The translations under genes were made by a program, and so were the position numbers. Of a stretch of 64,000 bases of DNA, positions 14,334 to 27,122 are shown piece after piece. The notes beneath the pieces are model-generated. The model saw only the letters and a list, made by a program, of their open reading frames with translations. It ran no database searches and was not told where the DNA came from. The DNA is from Neocallimastix sp. 'constans' (taxonomy: Eukaryota), in assembly GCA_050613775.1 (NCBI GenBank), contig JBODTK010000001.1, positions 1,488,001-1,552,000 of the forward strand, written 5' to 3'. Every line of letters begins with the position of its first letter. Position 1 is the first letter of the stretch.

Positions 14334-16720
14334 TTTGGATTTGAATTTGGATTTGGATTAAGATTTGGACCTGGTCCACTATTATCAAGAAAATGATTTG
14401 GATTTGATAAAAGGAGTGGACCATGAGAAGGATTAGAATTTTGATTTATATTTAAATTGTGATTTAGATTTGAATTTGGATTTTGATTTGAATTTGGATT
14501 TTGATTTTGATTTTGATTTTGATTTGGTGTGATAGATATTCTACCACCATCATTTTGTATGGAATTTGAGGAAGATGGTATTGAATTCATAGTATAGAGA
14601 GCTGTTGTTTCTGGTAGAGCATGATTAGGGCCTAAACCAGGACCAAGACCAAGACCAAGACCAAGACCAAGACCAGAACCAGAACCAGAACCAGAACCTG
14701 GGCCTGGACCTGGACCTGGACCTGGACCTGGACCTGGACCTGGACTTGGACCTGTAATTGGACCTGAACTTGAGATCGGAACAGGATTAGGACCTTGATT
14801 GAGACCTTGACCTTGATTAATGATTAATTTATTAGGGGTATTTTTTAAACCAGGTACTGATAATGGTACTTGAACTTGAGTTGGAACTGGAACTGGACCT
14901 GGAACTGGACCTGAACCTGGAACTGAAATTGAAACTGGAATTGAACCTGAAACAGGACCTGAAACAGAAACAGGTATTTGAACTGGAAGAAGGGTTTGTA
15001 CCTGAACAGGAACTTGAATAGGGACAGGTCCTATATTTGACATGAAATTATTGGAATTTGGATTTAAAGTGGGATCTTGAGGAGAAAAAGATTCAATCGG
15101 ATGATCAAGAGGACCTTCATTTCCTGGACCTCCCCAGCCAGTAGGTTTAACTTTATTAGTCATAGTATTCATATAGAAAAATGGTTGATGTGGTTTATTT
15201 GGATGGGATGGTAATGCATTATTATTAGCTAGATAGCTATAACTATCAAAGCCATTATTTAGTGGTATTGTATTAAAAGAATTTTTATTAACTAAATCAT
15301 GATCATTCAATGATGAAGTACCAAATTTTGATGGATCATTCAATGAATAATTATTATTACTATTACTATTATTATTGTTATTATTATTATTATCATTATT
15401 GTTATTATTGTTATTATTGTTGTTATTATTGTTATTATTTCCTTTATTATTACCATTATTACTATTATTATTGCTATTATTATTATTGTTATTACTATAA
15501 TTATTATTATTATTACTATAATTATTATTATTAGTAGTAGTAGTAGTATTAGCATTCATCCAGAGATCAGTAGAGATAGGCTCATTTATACTCCATCTCA
15601 TATATTTTGGATTACCATTAGTAGTAGAATTGGAATTGGATGTACCATTAACATTAATATTTATAGGATTATTATTATTACCATTGGCATTGACATTGAC
15701 GCTTATATTTCTGTGATTTGGGTTCATTCCAGGGTTACTTGCATTTCTACCATTTAATGTATTTTGATCCAACATAACATTAGAGGATGTTTGTTGCCAA
15801 ATCATTCGATCACCAAAATCTAAATTTTTATCTTGATCCTGGAGAACTGGTTTATTCCATCCTACATATATATTATTATTTGACTTTGTTTTTCTCAGCA
15901 TTTGTTGTTTCATCAATAAATCATTAGTATGACCCAAAACTTTAAAATTATTTTTATTACTTATATTCATATTTATATTGTTCATATTTATATTATTCAT
16001 GTTCATATTACTCATATTCATGTTCATATTATTCATATTCATGTTCATACTATTAATATTCATATTCATATTATTCATATTATTCATATTATTCACATTC
16101 ATGTTCATATTATTCATATTCATATTCATATTCATATTATTCATATTATTCATATTCATATTGTTCATATTATTCATATTCATATTGTTCATATTATTTA
16201 TATTCATATTGTTCATATTATTCATATTCACATTATTCATATTCATATTATTCATATTCATCAAAAGAGTATTTCTTTTCTTTAAACTAAAGATTCAATA
16301 TTTTTTTTTTTTTTTTTTTAATATATATATATATTAAAATCATTTAATTAAAAATTATTAAATTTTGGATGAGTTAAAATAATAATAATTATATTTAGGA
16401 TATTCATATATTTTCAAAATTTTATATTTATACTCTATATATATATTTTTACTTACTCATCTTCACTTGATTGTTTTTTTCTCCCTATAAAAAAAATAGT
16501 TTTTATATTAATAAATAAAAATGAATGATTTGAATTAAATATTAATAATTTTTTTTTTTAATTTTTTTTATTTTTTTTTTTTTTTTTTTTTTTTTTAATT
16601 AAATAAATTCATATTATAACATTATTAAATTATATATTATATACATAAATATAAATATATAAATAAATTAAATTTACCTAAAGAATATTTTTTACGAATA
16701 TCTTTTAATGGCTAAAATAA

Positions 16721-16751
<31 letters not shown>

Positions 16752-16777
16752 TAAAATAAAATAAAATAAATAAATAA

Positions 16778-16854
<77 letters not shown>

Positions 16855-17383
16855 TATATATATTTATTGTATCTTACTAAGACATTTAATTTTTTGGCTT
16901 CATTACACATTTCCGAATTTTCAAAATCAATATAAGCTATAATATTTTCTGAATTTCTATTAATTATTAAATTTTTAATCTATCATATAAGGTAAAATAA
17001 TAAATAATATAATAAAATTTTGTTAATATTTATATATATATATATATTTTACAATAAATAAAAATATGATAGTTTATATATATATATTTATTTAATAAAT
17101 GAATTAATTATTTTACCTGAAAATCCTTATAGAAAAGTTGAATTGCTTTTTCGGTGATATCTTTTGATAATCCATTAATAACCATTGAAGTATCCTAATA
17201 TCCAATAATTAATTAAAATTAATTATTAATAATTCAAGTTTATTTCATTTATTTATTTATTTATTTTAATTTATAATATTTAATATAAATTCTATTTATC
17301 CATATTTTCCTAGATTATATTTAAATGTTATATTTGTTTATATTAATGTTGAAGCTTACATATTCATTATCTTTCTTTTTTAA

Positions 17384-17469
<86 letters not shown>

Positions 17470-18868
17470 CTTCTTTTCTTAAAATATTTAAATTAGTAGG
17501 GATATTATTATTCCAAGGATTCATTGTTCCATTTTTTATTCCTTTCGTACCAGCTTAATAAAATAAAATAAAATAGAGTAAAATGTAAATTGAATATATA
17601 ATTTTAATATAAAAGATTATATAAATATATATATATATATATTTTTTTTAATCTTTCTATCATGATTAAATATATATATATATATATATATACATATAAT
17701 ATGTTTTTAATTTTTTAATTTTAACTTACATAGTGAAGTAAATTTTGAATAAATCAAATTTGAATTTGTGGAAGAAACAGTAGAATTTGAAGAAGAATTA
17801 ACTAATTGAGAAGGTATTGGTTTTGCTATAGACGATAGATTGAGTGGATGAAGTGGACTCACAGAATCCATAAGGTCTGAAGAAGGTCGATAATCCTTCA
17901 TGTTCATATTATTATTATTATTATTATTATTAATGTTATTATTATTTATTGTTGATCCTAAAAGTTTTGATTGGGATTGTGGTTGATAGTTTGGTATCAA
18001 TTCTGGATTTTTCCATAATTCATTAATATTAGATTTAGAATAGCTTGTATTATCTTCTTTTTTTTTTTGTTTTTTTTTTGTTTTTTTTTTTGTTTTTTTG
18101 TTTTTTTGTTTGGTTTTTTTAAAATATTTTTATATATATGAATAAATAATTTAAACTATATTATTAATGGATAAAAAATAATATATATATTAAATAAATA
18201 AATACCTTTGACTTTTATTTCATCAATGGTATTATTATTATTGTCAGAAAAAGAATCATTCAAATAAATTGGTTTACTTGATTTTGTCTTTTTTTTATTT
18301 TGTTTTGTTTATTTATAAATCAATAATAATAACGATAATGATAATGATAATAATAATGATAATAATAATGATAATAATATAGAGTTAGTAATAATTATCA
18401 ATAAATATATATATATATATATATTTTCCCTCTTACATTATCAGATATATAATTATCATTGGCATCATTCAATGAAGGATCATTGATATTATTTCGAATA
18501 AAAACTTTACTATTTTTCTTTTTTAATTTATTATTGTTACTGTTGCTGATAGTGTTACTACCATTATTTAATAGCAATTCATTTTTACTTAATTTATTAT
18601 TCAAATTATTATTATTGGTTATATTATTTTTATTAGTCTTTGTGGTGTCAGATTCTTTATTATTTTTTATTCTTTTAAGTTCCGTTGTCACTGTCATCTA
18701 TTTAATTAAAATAAAAAAATAAATAAATAAATAAATAATATTAATTATCATAAATTAAAATATATACAAATACATAGATATTAAAAATGAATTAAAATTA
18801 AAAATTTAAACTGAATTGAATTTTATTGAACTAAATTATATTGAATTAAATTAAAATGAATTTTTTTT

Positions 18869-18911
<43 letters not shown>

Positions 18912-19494
18912 TTTATTTTAATTTATTTAATTTAATTCAATCTGTACTTTATTTTTCAACTATTTATTTTATTTTATTTTAGTACCTTTTCAAGTTTTTC
19001 GGTGGTCGCCATTATTTCCTTTTTCCCATTCAAACTCTCCAATATATTAAGTGCTACTTGACTTTTATTTTCAATACCAGCATCCTCATTTTCAAGATTT
19101 TTATCATGTTTATCTTGATGTCTAAAGAAATAGACACCTAATAAAAAAAATTATATATACATAAATATATAAATTAATAAATAAATAAAATTTATTTTTT
19201 CATGAATATTTGGCTTTGATAATATATTTTAATTTGTATATATATATTTTACCTGAGGAGCACATGTTAATTGTCATTTTTTTTTCTAAATAGTCTATTA
19301 TTAATGAACCATATTTCATACAAGGTATAATCCAATACCAACAAGATCTAAACTCGATATTATCTTTTGGAAAATGATTCATAATATTTAAAGCTTTTTC
19401 CAACTGTTTATTTTGAGTTTCACTATTAACATATATATATATATTATTATAATAAAAAAATAAATTGAATAAATACAAAATAACGAAAGAAAAA

Positions 19495-19527
<33 letters not shown>

Positions 19528-19858
19528 GTATATTAATAATTATTTTAAAAAATGTTACTATCTAAAATGAAAATAGATATAATTAATAGTATAAATAATT
19601 CTACCTTAAATTATCCTTAATTTGTTCCTTAATCTTGATATACGTTTTTTCAAAATTTAAATGACCTTCTAGAATACGACCGAAAAAGTGTTTCTTATCA
19701 GTAATACATTGTAAATTAAAAGAAACATGATATCTAATATTTTGATTTCCTGGTGAAATATGAAAATTAGCCTATGATATATATATATATTAAAATAGAT
19801 AATTAGCATTAAGTTTATACATTATATTAATAATAATTTAGTAATATATTTATCAAAA

Positions 19859-19889
<31 letters not shown>

Positions 19890-20045
19890 AATAATTTTTA
19901 GTACTAATAAATTAAAAATAACAAATTAAAATAATTATAATAATAATAATTTTTAGTACTAATAAATTTATAAATAACAAATTAAATAATAATAATAATA
20001 ATAATAATAATTTTTAATACTAATAAAATTATAAATAACAAATTA

Positions 20046-20112
<67 letters not shown>

Positions 20113-20458
20113 TTAATGCTTGACCAAGTTGAGCAATTAAAGCCTTTTTCATAGGGTTTGCTGTGGTAATGAGAAATCGAATTTCATCCATTTCTTTTTC
20201 ATACCGATCTGCCGTCATCAAGATTTGACCTAATTGATAGATGGTAAGCCAAGTATGACAATTAGAACCAGCATGAAGATATTTACCATCCCCATTATTA
20301 AATAGATTATTATCGAGGTAGCCACCCCCTATACCAAAAAGTCGAATAGTAATATCTGAATTTGAAAATTTTAAACAATATGAATTCATTTCATCCACGA
20401 TATATAAATTTTTGACTTGATAGATTTTCTTATAAAGAATTTTATCTATGACAGAAAC

Positions 20459-20496
<38 letters not shown>

Positions 20497-22655
20497 ATAC
20501 ATTCAACATTACAAATAATAATAAATAATAGATTAGAATTAATAATTTAATTAAATATTATAAACAAATATATATAATATGTTTAATAAATAGTAATATT
20601 AATATATATAGGAAAAATATTTAAATTATTTCAATTCTATAATATATAATATAATTTTTTGGGATACTTTACATCTTCATATTGACCGTAGACAACATAT
20701 ACAGGTACTAATAATTCTTTTTTACCTTCAATATAATCCATTAATTCTGACAATATAAAATTTTCACATATATTTTCTTTTAGGGTATCCATATTTTCAA
20801 ATAATTTCTTTTTATCTTCAAAAGATATACATGAAGTATGTTCAACATAATATTTTAAATTTCTAATAAAAAAAAAAATTTGAATATGTTAAATTATTGT
20901 TTCATTAATGTGAGTTGTTTGTTTGTTTGTTGTTTGTATTATTAAAGTTATAAAACGTTTTTAAATATTAAATAATAATAAATTATTTTGATGATAAAAA
21001 TATTCATAATGTTCCACGATGATGGTTTATAATGTAATGGTAGATAATGATTTCAATATTATTAAAAGTTGATTCATAAATGATAATAATGTTTCGGATT
21101 TAAGTTTAAATGTTTTATTATTATTATTTATTAATTTATTTATTTATTTATTAATCAGTAAATTGAAATTAGTTAATCATTATTAATTTTATATATTTAA
21201 ATATATAAAATTAAAATTTAATTACACATAAATTTATAATATGCATATAAATATTGATAATGTCATTAGTAAAAAATGTTTATATAATAAATATTTAATA
21301 TTTAATATATATAATTAATACATAATTGAACAATGTAAATAATATATTCTTATTTATAATTTCTATGGAATATTTAATAATTACTTACTTTTCATTAAAA
21401 TTCTTGACACTATCTTTATCTATTAAAAAAATAGAGTTTATTTATTTTATGCAAATAAAGATATAATAATATTTAATTTATTTAATTTATAGATATTAAT
21501 GAAGAAAATTTTAATAATAAATAAAATTTAAAATTAAAATTAAAAAAATAAATAAATAAATAAGTAAATAAATAAATCAAAAATTTAAATTATATATATA
21601 TTAAAACTAACCGAAAAATCCAAAATCACCACAATGTATAACGGCTTGTGCATTTTTTTCTTTTACTATAGTATTAATTTGTGATATATTTCCTAATAGA
21701 AAACATATTTATAATAATTCATATGTATATTTACAAAAAAAAATAAAAAAAAAAATAATATGATAAAAAATTTTAAAATTATAAAATGTAATTTAATTGT
21801 TATAAATGTATAATTTATATATATTTTGTTATTATCTTTTTTATTATTATCACTATTATTATGGTTATTGCTTTTTTGTTTTATATTAAATTATTATTAA
21901 CTTTCTTTTATTAATAATTATATTTTGACAAATAAATCTAAATTCCATTAATATAAACTAATTTCATACTATTTTTATTTTTTTACCTCTACAATTTGAA
22001 ACAATAAGTAAAGGTCCAAAAAGTGTATAACTAAATTCAGAATTTTCATCATTCTTTACGTTTTCTTTGTCTTCATTTTCTATATCGTTAGTATTTTCAC
22101 TACTACTTTCTTCCTTTTTATTGTTACTATCTATTTTATTGCTATTAGCTTTTAACCCTGAAATATTACTTTCTTTCCCTTCATAATTATTTTTATTTAT
22201 TATTGAATCTTTTTCATCACAATTTGGGACTAAAATTGTTATTGTTAAGATAGTTTAGTTTTGATTATATTATAATGATATAATCACAAAATATTTTAAA
22301 ATATATAAAAGAAATCATTATTATCAATAAATATTTATTATTGAATACTTATTATTGAATATTTATTTTTTGTATTTTTTTAATAATTTTATTCAATTTA
22401 TTAAATATATATATATATTGACTTCTGATAACCTAAATTGATTCATATATATTATTTTTAATATATTAATATACTTTGCTTACCTATATTATCCGAAGGT
22501 TCATTTGAATAACTATCATTTGAATTTTCATTGGTTTCTTGAGATGAAGAATCCATATTTTCTATATCATTATTATTAGACAAATGTGAATTATCTTTAT
22601 CACCATTATTTTTGTTTGGTTGAAAATCATTATTATCAAATGTTTGAGAAACCAT
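13784..22655 (-). CDS. DUF2433-like calcineurin/metallophosphoesterase-fold protein with an RRM and an ~830-aa N/M/P/G/Q-rich low-complexity C-terminus
   Basis: 18 phase-consistent GT-AG exons: 22655-22484, 22229-21987, 21692-21612, 21419-21389, 20862-20673, 20458-20111, 19771-19605, 19422-19253, 19137-18986, 18697-18437, 18287-18206, 18056-17730, 17553-17360, 17194-17117, 16979-16878, 16711-16678, 16484-16457, 16286-13784. Motifs IVSNCRGN, IHCGDFGFFD, VPVYVVYGQYEDV, RLFGIGG, LFNNGDG..AG, WLTIYQLGQI match my recollection of the fungal DUF2433 family. RRM: MVINGLSKDITEKAI...IAYIDFEN. Confidence 0.8.
19865..20105. repeat. Intronic minisatellite, about three copies of a ~60-bp unit
   Basis: (AAT)n-TTTTTAGTACTAATAAA...AAATAACAAATTAAA repeated inside intron 6 of the DUF2433-like gene. 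Confidence 0.75.
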
Positions 22656-24950
22656 TTTTTAAATTATTAATTTTAATAATTTATCTTTTTTAAAAATGGA
22701 AATAGTATATATTATTAATATATACTATTTATACAATATAATGCTTTCCTAGGTATATTTTTATTGTGTTTTATTTTATTTTACTTTATTTTTTGTACTG
22801 ATTTAAAACCTTATAGAAATTGAACAAAGAAAGATATATAGAGAATATACAATTATTTAAATATAACAAATTGATAATTTAGTTAATTTTTTTGACATTT
22901 ATTTAAAATATATTTCAATAATAAAACAATAAGAATATTTTATTTTATTTTTCTTTATTCTATTGTATTATAATTACTTTAACAATGTTTATATAGATAG
23001 ATAGATAGATATAGATATAGATTTATAATTATTAATATATATATTTATAATCAATAACTAATATAAATAATAATTAATAAATATTTTTTTAAGTACTTTC
23101 TGTAACTTTTTAAACTCTATGGAATATTTAATATTCATATAAACTATATCAACCTTTATTTTTTTTTTTTTTTTAAAGAAAAAAAAAAATACTCTAATAC
23201 TTTTATTTATAACTTTTACTCTGTACAAAAAATAAAATTATTATGTCTTTCTTATAATTAATTATTATATAATATATTAATATAGAAGCATTTTAACTTT
23301 TTCTTTTTTATTATTATCAAAACTATTATTATACTAATTTGTAAAAATAATTTATTTAGTTCAGAATATATTGAAAGAAGCTTAATACTTCTAGATTATA
23401 TAATTGAAATTAAAATATACAATTTCTATATTATATTAGAATAAAACAACTGATACACTTTCCAGTATTTAAAATATATTTACTATTCAATTAAAATATA
23501 TATATATTGTTAATATATATTTTATAATTTTTATTGTTATGTTAATTTATTATGTACTTTATTTCAATTCATTAAAAGTATTATAAATATAATATATATC
23601 CTAATTTTTTAATGATATTTAAATATTATATAAACTTTTTAAATAAAATTAAATAGAAATTTTCTGTAATATGGATAAATAAATGCAATAATATGATTTA
23701 CAATTTAAATATAATTCCTCTTTTATATTTATTAATGATTGTTTAATTAAATAGATATTATAAAATAAAAATAAATATTTATGAAATTTTGCTTATTTAA
23801 ATAACTATATAATTTTTTGATTTCTTGTTTTTTATTTTATTATTTTTTGACTTTTTAATTTCTTACTGTATGCATTATTCTTATTATATATAAGGTGTTT
23901 CTTAAATGTACATAAATTTAATTTTAGGTATATATATTTTTTTGCTTCTTTTTTTTTTTAAAAAAAAAAAAAAGATGTTTTTATTCCTGATAAAAGGTAA
24001 TATTCACCAGCGAAATGATAATTCTTTATACTATTTATTTATATATATGGTTATATTTTGTATAAAGTTTGTATAATAAAAGATTCTTATTTCAATTTTT
24101 TTATTTTATTTTGTTTTTTTGCTTATTTTTCTGTACTTTTTTTTTTTTTTTTCTAAAAAAAAAAAAAAAATACGAAAAATAAGCAATATATAGTCAAATC
24201 GAACTAGGAATAATATGTATAATTTTTTTTAATTGTCTAATTATTTAATAATATACATATATATTATATATTTTTATGTAATTTTACTTTCTCAAAATTA
24301 AATTTTAATTTTTATATAATTTCTGGTATTAAAAAGTGTTATAAATAAAATGTTTAGTTATTGAAAATATTTTTATTTATTTTATTTCCAAACCATTTTA
24401 TAATATATTAAAATTATTTTATAAAAACAAAATAAAATAAATTAATAATAATAATAATAATATAATATAACAAATAAAAAAAAAAGATTTAATATTTTTA
24501 TTCACTAATTTAAATTATGAATAAAAACAAAATTAATTATAAACCTTTTTTTTTTTTAATTTCTTTTACAATTAATATAAATATTATTTTTTCTAAATAA
24601 ATAGTAGGATACTTATAATTTCTTATAATATATATTATAATAAATAAAATAAAATAAAATAAAAAAAAAAGAAATAAAAGATTACTATCTATAAATTTAA
24701 AAAATTTTCTCAATTCAATCTTTTTTTCTTTTTTTTTTTTTGTTTAGAATAGTTTTAAAGAAAAATGAAAAGATTAATGGTAAAAATATTCATTAATTAT
24801 TTTTAGGTATAATTAATTACAATATATGAAATAGATTAATAATATAAATAGAAATAATATAATCCAAATAAAAATATAAATAATATAATGGAAATTAAAT
24901 ATTAAAAAAAAATGTTAACATAATAAATAAATAATTATTAATAAAGAATT

Positions 24951-25110
24951 AATAATAAATAATAAATAATAAATAATAAATAATAAATAATAAATAATAA
25001 ATAATAAATAATAAATAATAAATAAATAATGAATAATATATAAATAATTAAATAATATAAAATAAATAATTAAATAATAAATAAATAATAAATAATAAAT
25101 AATAAATAAT
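24951..25110. repeat. (AATAAAT)n heptamer array
   Basis: Directly visible. Confidence 0.85.
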
Positions 25111-26738
25111 TTATAAAAAAAAAATATTAATTATTTTATTAATAAAATTTTATTATTATTATTAATAAATTAATAATTTGAAAAAAAAAGGTTATTTAAA
25201 GTATAAAGGAAATAAGGCTTATATATGGTTATCCTAAATTGTAATAACCATAAATAAACCATAAATAAAATAAAAATGAAAGAAAGGTATAATTAATAAA
25301 TTAGACTAAACGGTTTTAATATTAATAGTATATTTAATCATATATTGAATTATATTATTTATATATTATATAGCCCAACTATATTTTTTTTTTATAAAAA
25401 TTCTTTTCTTTTTACATAATTTGTTTTTATTAAAAATACATACATTAAATTTTTTTTTCTATATTAATTTTATAATTAAATATTTAAATATAATAATCCT
25501 AATTAGATTACTATTAATAAAAATAATATATTAAGTATGTAATAAAGAATAATTTATGTTTATTTATATTTTACATTATAATTACTACATATTAATAAGT
25601 TATATCAATATATTGGTGATATAAATTGTATTATAATCAATTTTATTATAGTCAATAAAGTTTAATAAATATTTAAGTTATTAAAAATCTTTAATAAAAA
25701 AGATTTCAATAATAAATATTAAAATATTCCATAAAAAACTATTTATAATTTATTGATTATATTCATATAATATATGATAATATATTATTTATATTTTTAT
25801 TCAGTTATTTCTAATATGATCTTTTAATAATAATTCATGCTTATAACTTTTTATTAGTAATATTTCAAAATAATAAATAATTATCATATTTATTACATAT
25901 AAACATTTTGCCAATGTAATTTCTTATTTTTATATATTTATATATATATATAAAAGATATATTTTAATATATATAAATTTCCAGATGGTTTTTTAATCAC
26001 TCCTATTTAGAGTGATTACTCTTAAGTTTTAATAAGGTTTGTATATTTGTATCTTTATTTTTTTCTTGTCTTAATTGCTTATCTTTTTTATTTTTATTTA
26101 TTAAAAAAAGAAAATATTAATAAAAAAAATTTTTTTATTATTTTAATGAATATCCTAATTTCTACACTAAATGACCTTTCTTACTTGCAAAACATGCAAT
26201 AACCGAAATAATTTATTATTTAATTTTTCGTTTTTATGATTGATTACTTACAATTTTTTATTTTATTTATATTTTAAATATTACCAAGGTATAACTACAC
26301 TTTAAAAAAAAAAAAAAAAACAATAAATATGTAATTAGAACCAATTTAAAAAAAATATTAACTTTTTTTTAATAAAAATCTAAGAAAAAAATTTTTTTTT
26401 TTTTTTGAATTTTCTTTTTTTTTTTATTTTATTAATATTTTTTGATATAATACATAAAATATTATAATTACAAATAGATTGTATTTAAAATATTATTTTT
26501 AATATTTACCATAATATATATATATTTAATATATCGTTTATATATATATATATATATTTTTTTTTTTTATTTTTTTTTTTATTTTTTTTTTTTACTTTTT
26601 TTGATTGATCTTATACACCATTCTTTTATATATATTTAATAGATCATCTTTTTTGTTCTATATTATTAATAAACTTTTTTTTTTCTTTCTTATTCTTTTT
26701 TCAAAAATTGAAATAACGATAATTTTTATATTCAGACT

Positions 26739-27122
26739 GCATGGCACCAAATAATCGGATGAGGTTTCTATCCTGGGATATCATGAGACCACACGTGATG
26801 TCCATAAGGCTTTCCCTCAGATGATTATTTCACCCAACCCTGATACTACGCTTTGAATTGAAGCATAGACCTTGATGATTGTAAAATTTCCAATCGCCAA
26901 TGATTACACCCACTAGGGAGGAGTTAATGGTTCCGTTCTGATGCTCGTGGTCATTAGAGATATATGTAGGAACGTTAGGAATGCATCTCCGGGCAGTGTG
27001 TAACGACGATTGAGAGCGGCGAAGCTGATACAGTATGCCAATAACTCATCACCTTACAGTTAATTAATAACTGTATGGCCATATGGGAGATGGGTACCCA
27101 TATGTGCAAGTCTATGTTTTTT
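26739..27122 (+). mobile_element. SINE-like retroposed structured non-coding element with oligo-T 3' end
   Basis: GC-rich island with no ORF. Exact 16-bp TSD TTTTTATATTCAGACT at 26723-26738 and 27123-27138. Ends GTCTATG(T)n. Many helices with G-U pairs on the + strand. Its 3' ~135 nt recur inverted at 39522-39657. Confidence 0.75.

Noticed and set aside
14010..16337. Plus-strand ORFs (poly-Y, HI repeats, FILF repeats) over the low-complexity exon
   Set aside because: Antisense shadows of the real minus-strand Asn/Met-rich exon.
25994..26018. 9-bp hairpin TAATCACTC/GAGTGATTA as a Helitron 3' end
   Set aside because: A CTGG follows on the minus strand but is not followed by T, and there is no other Helitron evidence.
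26739..27116. Identification of the structured element as SRP RNA, RNase P/MRP, telomerase RNA, group II intron domain V, or a hammerhead/HDV/twister ribozyme
   Set aside because: Only partial look-alikes (AGG..ATGCA, CCCAACCCT, GGGCA..GGCGAAG, GAGAGC..AT bulge). Required helices or catalytic cores (GNRA-capped helix 8, P4 motifs, CUGAUGA-GAAA, nested HDV pseudoknot) could not be built.
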